Shown here piece by piece: positions 56,801-64,000 of a stretch of DNA of 64,000 bases. The notes under the pieces were generated by a model, which was not told where the DNA came from, did no database searches, and saw only the letters and a list, made by a program, of their open reading frames with translations. Both the position numbers and the translations under genes were made by a program. Numbering within the stretch: the stretch's first letter is position 1; every line of letters starts with the position of its first letter. The DNA is from Botryllus schlosseri (lineage: Eukaryota). Location of the stretch: the NCBI GenBank assembly GCA_051294905.1, contig CM119379.1, positions 22,072,001 to 22,136,000 of the forward strand. Reading direction: 5' to 3'.

Positions 56801-59800
56801 CGGGGCTGTGATCAAAAACTTCCACGAGACCTGCGAAGAAGATTGTATGCGTCGAAAGTCAGTTGAGAGCGCGAAATCGTACTTGGAAAAACAATTGAAA
56901 AGGAACTGCGGGCCCAGAAACGAAGAAACCGGTAAACATCAATAAATTTACTGTATAGTAGCAGTCATGTATTATATAACGTACCATTGCAGAGGAAGTC
57001 ATGATTGCGGCAGCAGATGCAATCTCAAAGTTGGGTAAAAATGGCACATTTGCTTTTTCAACTGTACTTTCGTGCGCAACCAATCTTGAGGCACCTGTTC
57101 GTGTTGCGGTCAGGTCTCTTATCGCCGTTGGAAACGTGACCGCTCAAAACGTAGAACCATCGGTATGGATTGTGTTATTTTCTGTCTATACGAGCTCAAA
57201 ACAAAGTGCGTCTCGTTGCAGACCACGCGAAAACTGATCAACTTATTTGCGAACCCCAATGCCCCTCTTGAGACCCGTGTCACTTGCTTCCACCTCATGA
57301 TGAAGAAGAATATTTCAGAATCTGATCTCAGCGCCCTCGTAGAAACAGGTATTGTGTATGATTACGACCCATGTTGAACCCTTGGTGTAACTTTACACGG
57401 TTTTTGCACACTTTAACAGTTATGCGCCCTGGTGAAAACCACGCTCTCGTGCAACATTGCAAAGAGGACATCCGAGCTCAGATCATGTTGAGAGGAACCA
57501 GCTTCAGCCAATTCCACCCAGAGTATGTTTATTGGGATTTCGTTTCTTCGCCCCTCGTGTTTGATACACATGATATACGTAGTAGACTATATTTATCGCA
57601 TTCCATGGTGTAAGGATTCCCTAGCTTCAAAATTCAATTCCGTTGTATATTTCAGTATATCAGTACCCTGAACAGTGTGATTGATCCCAATGTCCTTTAC
57701 AAACATCCATTTCACTGGTTACCATTTCCTTTTTGTTCTCTCTCAGGGTTGCTGATAAGTGTGTAAAACTCATTTTGAGCGACCGACTTGACGTCGGGGC
57801 GCCGAAATCAGATGTTGAAAAGAAGCCCATCGAAAAATCTTACGAAACGAATCAAGATGTCTACATCCCAGTGCTGGACATCAAGACGAATTGTTCATTC
57901 CGATTCGAATTTGTTTACGAAAGCGCGACATCCATGATTCCAGTTGCTGCCAAGCTTACCGTCGATACCAACGTGAGTGAAGTGGCTTTATATTACGTTT
58001 CACATCGATTCTCTAACAGCGGTTTCTATATTTTACAATAGGTCGAGGGCCGCAAAATCGCACTTGTTGAAGCAGCGATGGATATTGCTGGTTTGAAACA
58101 GATCATGGACAGAATGTTCGGGCAACAAATGGTATATTCTCAAATCATCAGCAAGATTTTGAACAGCCCCGTAAGTGAATTGGGCGAATACAGCCAACAG
58201 TATCCCGACTTGGGTGCCCTCTCGAGCCAGGTATGACGTTAACTAAGGAATGATAAAACTAACGACAGCATAATTGCCTTTTTTCTGTTTAGGGTAAATT
58301 CTCTCACATCATGGACGTTTTCAACGTAAGATCACCGTTCGCCATCAGAATCTTGGGATATGATATCGGCGTGGAATCATTGCTCAACATGGACAGCGTA
58401 CGACAGATCACTATGCAAAATTTGATCAGTGTAAGTATTACAATTCGGTCACGTACTGTTATCATGTATCTCATATGTGGTTCTCCTTTCATGTGAAATA
58501 TATTGATAACTTTGTAAAATTTAGATTGTGGAATCACTGAAATCAGGAATCGAACAAGACATCTTCATAATCGGACAACCCTTCCTAATGCAACATGCAT
58601 CTCCAACTTGCATCGGTGCACCAATGATTTCCACCATCGACTTCTCTTATGCTTATAAGAACAAGATGAATATCAAGGCTGATTTGAGCAAGTTATTGTT
58701 GGCCAGCAACGAGCGAGGAACTTTCCAGGTTTCGCCAGAGTAAGTCATATTAAATCAAGTTACATCTATGATTTGAAACTCCATGGTAATCTATGTTCAT
58801 ATATTTGACCAGGCTCCACGTTTCCGGTTCCGTAAGCCGCAGTGTGCTCCGACAATTCACCGAGAACAGCGGCACGCAGTTGAAAGTCAAATTTGGACAT
58901 GATAGCGGTATCAGCTGCGTCTTTGACAGAACACAACAAGGAGCGGAATTTAGCTGCACGCCGAAAGCAGGCGAAAGCAAACTTGCACGTGTCTCGTATG
59001 TTATATGATGCAGTATCTTCAAAACTTCACTTTGTCAAATTTTCACAAATATTTCCAGGGTAAAACGATCACTCATGGGCAAGGATGTTGCCGAGCCACT
59101 GCCGAGTTTGTGCGTCTCCTTCAGATTGGACGGTATCTACGATGCACGTCTATGCCACGAGGTAAGACTCGACGCCAAACATCACTGATTGTGAAGTCAG
59201 AATTATTGGATATTGGTTGTCCTTGCAGTCGTGGACCGAGTCTGGATTTGCTACAGTAATTTCCATCGATCATGCGACGGACGTTGAATATCGCGGTTCT
59301 ATTGAATACGGAAGTCACGCCGAACAGCAGTCACAGGCCAACGTAAAGGCCTTTGACATCAAAGTAAGCATATGCCTAATTGTAGATCGGATCGGGACAT
59401 TACTTATTTACACTGTAATTATGAATATACTATGCATGACGTGCTACATACAGTAGATGCTGGCTTCAATGTTCTAATATTGGTATATCCATTTGCAGCT
59501 CACTGCTGATAACCGAGCCAATCCCAAAGCCGCCGTAGATATATGGTCCAGCAACTTCAACTGGATTCAAGAACGCAACGAGGTTCAAGTAGATATCGAC
59601 TGCAGGGCGTTTTCTTGGAAGGCGGCCGCTAGGGCTCAAATGCCAAAAGTTGAGTCGATGCACGGTCTCGAATTTTCATTCAACTGCTCCACACTGAAGA
59701 GGAAAGAACTGAAATACTTCAACCAACTTACAATCAAACCAATTACGGTAAGAAATCCAACGAATCCATAAAATATAAAATATTTATGGAAATTACTGGT

Positions 59801-62800
59801 TAACAGGGCAAAAAGTACATCATGGAAGGCGAATTCAAGCAAAGGAGACCCGACGGATCTCACTCGGGAGCGTATTTGACTGGCCTGTACGATGAAACCA
59901 AGCAGGATGTCAACACCACAAAGACCCTCCAAATCAGTGTCAAAGATATGGAAGCATCTAGCCATTCGTCTGAAAGCCTAGTAGACATTTCATTCAAGAC
60001 CAAGAATTCTTCTTCTGCCAACCTTCCCGGTTACGAGACCAAATTCTCGGTAAAGGGCTCAATCCTCCCTGTGTACAAGAGTTATGTTGGTGAAATGAGC
60101 ACTTACGACAATGGAATCAAGTACGACAAGGTAATGAGAGTAAGCGCACATTACCGTGACACCGCTCAACAGCCGTTTTTCTTCGTCCATCACATTTCCG
60201 GAATCTTCAAGTCTCGTGAAAGTCAAGCTTACAGAGGAAAAGTCAACTGCATCAGCAATTTCTTCCGATACGAATACTCTGCCGAAGCTGACAATAACGG
60301 TGATATCAACAGTACTACTCGTTTGGATATTGCCAAAAAACCCATACCCTTCAGCCAGATTGTCCAAGAGTCAAGTTCCGAAATGTCCATCTACAACGTC
60401 TCATATGTACCTACACAATCCAGGTCTATGACCGCTCACTACTTCACTGAAACACCAAAAGGTGGCCCACGCCAGTACAATCTTTGGATCGCATACGACT
60501 TGTGGAATCCCGCCAAGAACGATTACGAACAGCAACAAGGAAAATTCAATTTCACCAAATATCCGGAATGCTATTACTGTCACGCATTGGAAATTCAACA
60601 TCCTCTTTTGTCTGTGGTCAGTATCAGCAAGCAAGGAAAAGAATATCACGAGGAGAAATGGGTCAAGATGACTTACGCCGTTCTCGAGTACATTCCATCC
60701 CCGGCTTTTGTGACCCATTACTTGCTCAACAATCTCAAAAATGATTCCATGCAGATTGGCTACAAAGTGCGATACGTGTCCAACAAGACGCAAGACCTTC
60801 AGGAGATGAAGTACGCCTTCATGAACAACGTTATTTATTGTAACCGTACGGTGTTCAGCGGAATCGAACTGGACAACTCAACGTGCAGTTTGGCGCTGCC
60901 TATCATGAACGCCCGACTCAACGTGTCTTTGGAGCTTCGCGGCGAACACATGAAGTCATGCTGGAACGCAACATACGGAATTCAAATGATGCAACTGAAC
61001 AGCTCGCTTTACAGCTTGTCTCAAGACGATTCGAAATTGGTCGTGCGCGCAGAGTACGGATTGAAGAAGCATTATCAACTCAGAAACAACGCAACGGTGG
61101 ATCTCACTATGCACAAACGTGGATCGAATTACGACATCACCGGTAAATACAACACCACGTCAAAAAGAACAGGGGAAACCAAAACCTACCCGATCTGTGG
61201 ATCATCCGCTAATGTGGAAGGAGTCAGAAACTACGACTTCAAGATGATGTGCTCCGAATCCTCCGATAAGCAGTGTTCCCGCCTTCGCATCAACCACGAA
61301 GACCGTTTGGTGGAATACAAAAACCTTGTAGAAGGTGAATCCTACGATTACGTGAACGTGACCAAGAGTGGAGATCGCTACGTGCTGGATGCTGATCTCT
61401 ACAGCATTTCGGCTCTCAAGCTCAATAACTTCTCCGTCGCTTTGGAAGTCGGCCCGGCATATCATTTCGAAATCAGAAGTCCCGTTCTCAATACCTCCGC
61501 TGGTTACGACAGTCAGCACGGGCTCGGTCTCAACTACGCTGTGAACACGCCGATCTACAGCTACCGATTCCAGGTCAATGCCAGTGGCGAAAGGATCGTG
61601 TACAACTACACCACCGACAGCCGAAAGCTTGGCGGCGCACGTCTTGAAACCTATGCTATCGTAAGGTACAGCATTGTTCAATGGAAGAAACCCTTCTTCA
61701 CTCAATTAGTATACGGTACATCTCCCGAATCCTTCGGCATGAAGGTTGCAATTCCGGACATGGAAATCGCCTACAAAAGCACCACCGACCTTATGGAGCC
61801 AACACCTTACAGGATGTACGTCAATGTCACAATCAAGCCCAATAACGTCACTGTGAACAAGATGAACTGGGAACTTTACGGCAGAAGGTTCGAGGTAGCC
61901 AACACCTCTGCGTCTGTTCAATATCAGGCCGGCTACTTGCATTCATTCAATGTAACCAATGTCAACGTCACCATCCAACCAGAATGCCAAGACAGCAAGC
62001 CGATTGTCATCATTGGAAACGCTACCATCACGAAAGACCTCATTTACATCAACATCTCTGATCCGCACAGAACCGTCGTCGGCAACGTCAGCCTGTCAGC
62101 TTCCAACCCCTGGAATCACCACATTGAACTTGCGTGGAATCTCATGGGTGCCAAAGTCGAATTCTTGTGGGACATGACCAAAAACACCGGCAGAATGGCC
62201 ACGACTGCAAACTGTACGATCAGCACCAAATCGTGGAAGACCAACACCATGACTCCATTGATCGATTTCTTCGTCTACAACGAGATGCTCGCTAATGAAC
62301 CCGAGACACAGAACTTCCCGACAGTCAACATGACTTGGAAATTCGACCATACCCTCCCGGTAAGATTCATTCCATCAAAAATGCTGTATACCTTCATCAC
62401 AGAGCACAGCGGCGAAGAGACTACCATGAAGTCTGTCGAAAAGTACAACGACTACGTTTACGGGATGACAATCATGAGAATGACTGGATGTTACAGGCGA
62501 ATCAACTTCATGGATGGATTCTCCGTATGCGTACCCAATGCCGGTCACTGGAATATCACCCGTGACATCCCATACTTGATGCACTATGTTCACATCATGG
62601 ATGTGAGACGGGCCGAACAGGGAGAATGGACGTGGAGCAACACTTTCAACGTGACGTCACCAATGCTTGGATTCACCACAACCACCACTGAATTGGCAAT
62701 GAGAGTAGTGTTTGGAGAGAGTGAGGTCGATCCGAAATATGGCATCTCGATCCCTTCTACTATAAATTTGAAGGAAATTAAAGGTACAATCCCAGCTGTA

Positions 62801-64000
62801 TACGACAGATTGCTCCTGTTCTGGTATCATTCCGAGGAATACGAATACGACGACATCGTCATTGAAAACAGCAACGCACTCATCCGTCACGAACTGACGT
62901 CGGAATTGCGAAGAATCACCGTTACCAGCACTATCCACGAACGAAATTCCGGAAAAGATCTCGTATTTACAATGACCAATGAGTTTACAAGGTACTCGGT
63001 CTTGTCGAACACCACACTCCAAATGCCTGAAATCAGAATGAACCACTTCGTCAAAGCTTCATACGATCCAAAAACGTGGGGATGGACCTACAAGCACATT
63101 TTGGACTTACCTAGGTACGTATGTTATTCATTCGCCATTACAGATATTTCTCAACTTACTCACACATGTGCGCTATATTTGCAGAATGTACTTGGGAATT
63201 GAAACGGAAGCTTCAAGGCCGCTTGTAATCGAAAACATGAACGTTGATATCAACGTTACATATGGCATACTTCGTGAGATGACTATGAGAAAAACGCCCA
63301 GTGGAATGAAGTTGGATTCTGAATGGAAATTGTACGGACAGAAAGGAGTCATGAATTTCACAAGCCAGAGCAACGCCCCGGCCGCAGGACAAACCTACCG
63401 AACCAACATCTCTTTCCCAGAGTGAGTAATAACATATGCATTTCTTCTATATGCGGCTGATGTTTTCACGCGATTATACGTTTGAGGGATAGCTTTATTT
63501 AGCATGGGACTGTGATCGCAGAGTTGAGAATGTTATGGGATACGATTTTACAGCTTCTCAATGGCATGGAATGCATCATTCGACGGATCACAAATGGAAA
63601 ACATTTATTTGAACATGTCAACATCCGGATATCTACGACACGTCAAGATCACTTCGGAGAACGAAAATTTCACCAGTTACTTACGGATTGGCAGCCTCGA
63701 ATCCAACATCACGAAATCAGGAAATTCCATCAACTGCACCTTGGGATCACACAGGTAAATATCGACTATAATCCCACCTAGCACATCATTTGCAAACCTT
63801 TAAAACCAATTGCTTTATAGTCAACCTGCATGGAACCAGACATTGGATGTGACCTTTGAGCGTCAAGGCGATGAGGTGCACTACGTTACAAATCACACCA
63901 ACGCGTACTATCAATGCATTACGAAATTCGCTATGCGTGGACTCAAAGCTCGCGCACAGCTCTTGGAATGCAAGCTGATCAATAGCTCTTCAGAGCTCAA
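53832..64000 (+). CDS. ApoB/apolipophorin/vitellogenin-family large lipid transfer protein (5' part, continues beyond the window)
   Basis: Signal peptide MKLYVFVLLALALSATEG (exon 53832-53898). In-phase exons 54158-54196, 54258-54360, 54424-54658, 54703-54831, 54895-55089, 55251-55385, 55680-55776, 55850-56102, 56334-56544, 56751-56931, 56993-57162 and others, a 3308-bp exon 59807-63114, then 63185-63421, 63554-63754 and 63821 onward. Motifs NCTATINVPQSCSGNLRVSDC, NITNFKRGILSNL and MNVYG match apoB [22 protein letters not shown] / ILNIKRGIISAL / DTVYG. Confidence 0.88.

Noticed and set aside
60059-63046. Several minus-strand ORFs of 70-170 aa
   Set aside because: Antisense shadows of the long lipid-transfer-protein exon.

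Overview
AT-rich eukaryotic genomic DNA with short GT-AG introns. An invertebrate chordate such as an ascidian is my inference from gene content and intron size, not something proven by the sequence. Three multi-exon genes can be assembled by hand: a CXorf58-like gene (minus, 10180-13545, 6 exons, ~406 aa), an L1-family cell adhesion molecule (minus, 15885-48548, 24 exons, ~1162 aa, 6 Ig + 4 FnIII + TM + FIGQY-type tail), and an apoB/apolipophorin/vitellogenin-type large lipid transfer protein (plus, from 53832, running off the window). A 14.9-kb L1 intron holds an antisense ~940-bp coding exon with an FGF-like beta-trefoil signature and a long unrecognised C-terminus. Non-coding DNA is rich in mobile elements: a 3.1-kb foldback element of ~203-bp subrepeats with an 8-bp TSD, nested hAT-type non-autonomous elements with intact 8-bp TSDs, a hAT transposase remnant, a tRNA-derived SINE and short hairpins. 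There is also a Penelope-like retroelement remnant followed by a minimal hammerhead ribozyme. The same hammerhead core (CUGANGAG-N7-CGAAA-N4-UC) occurs three times with a complete core and twice degraded. All homology calls are from memory of family motifs; no database search was run.
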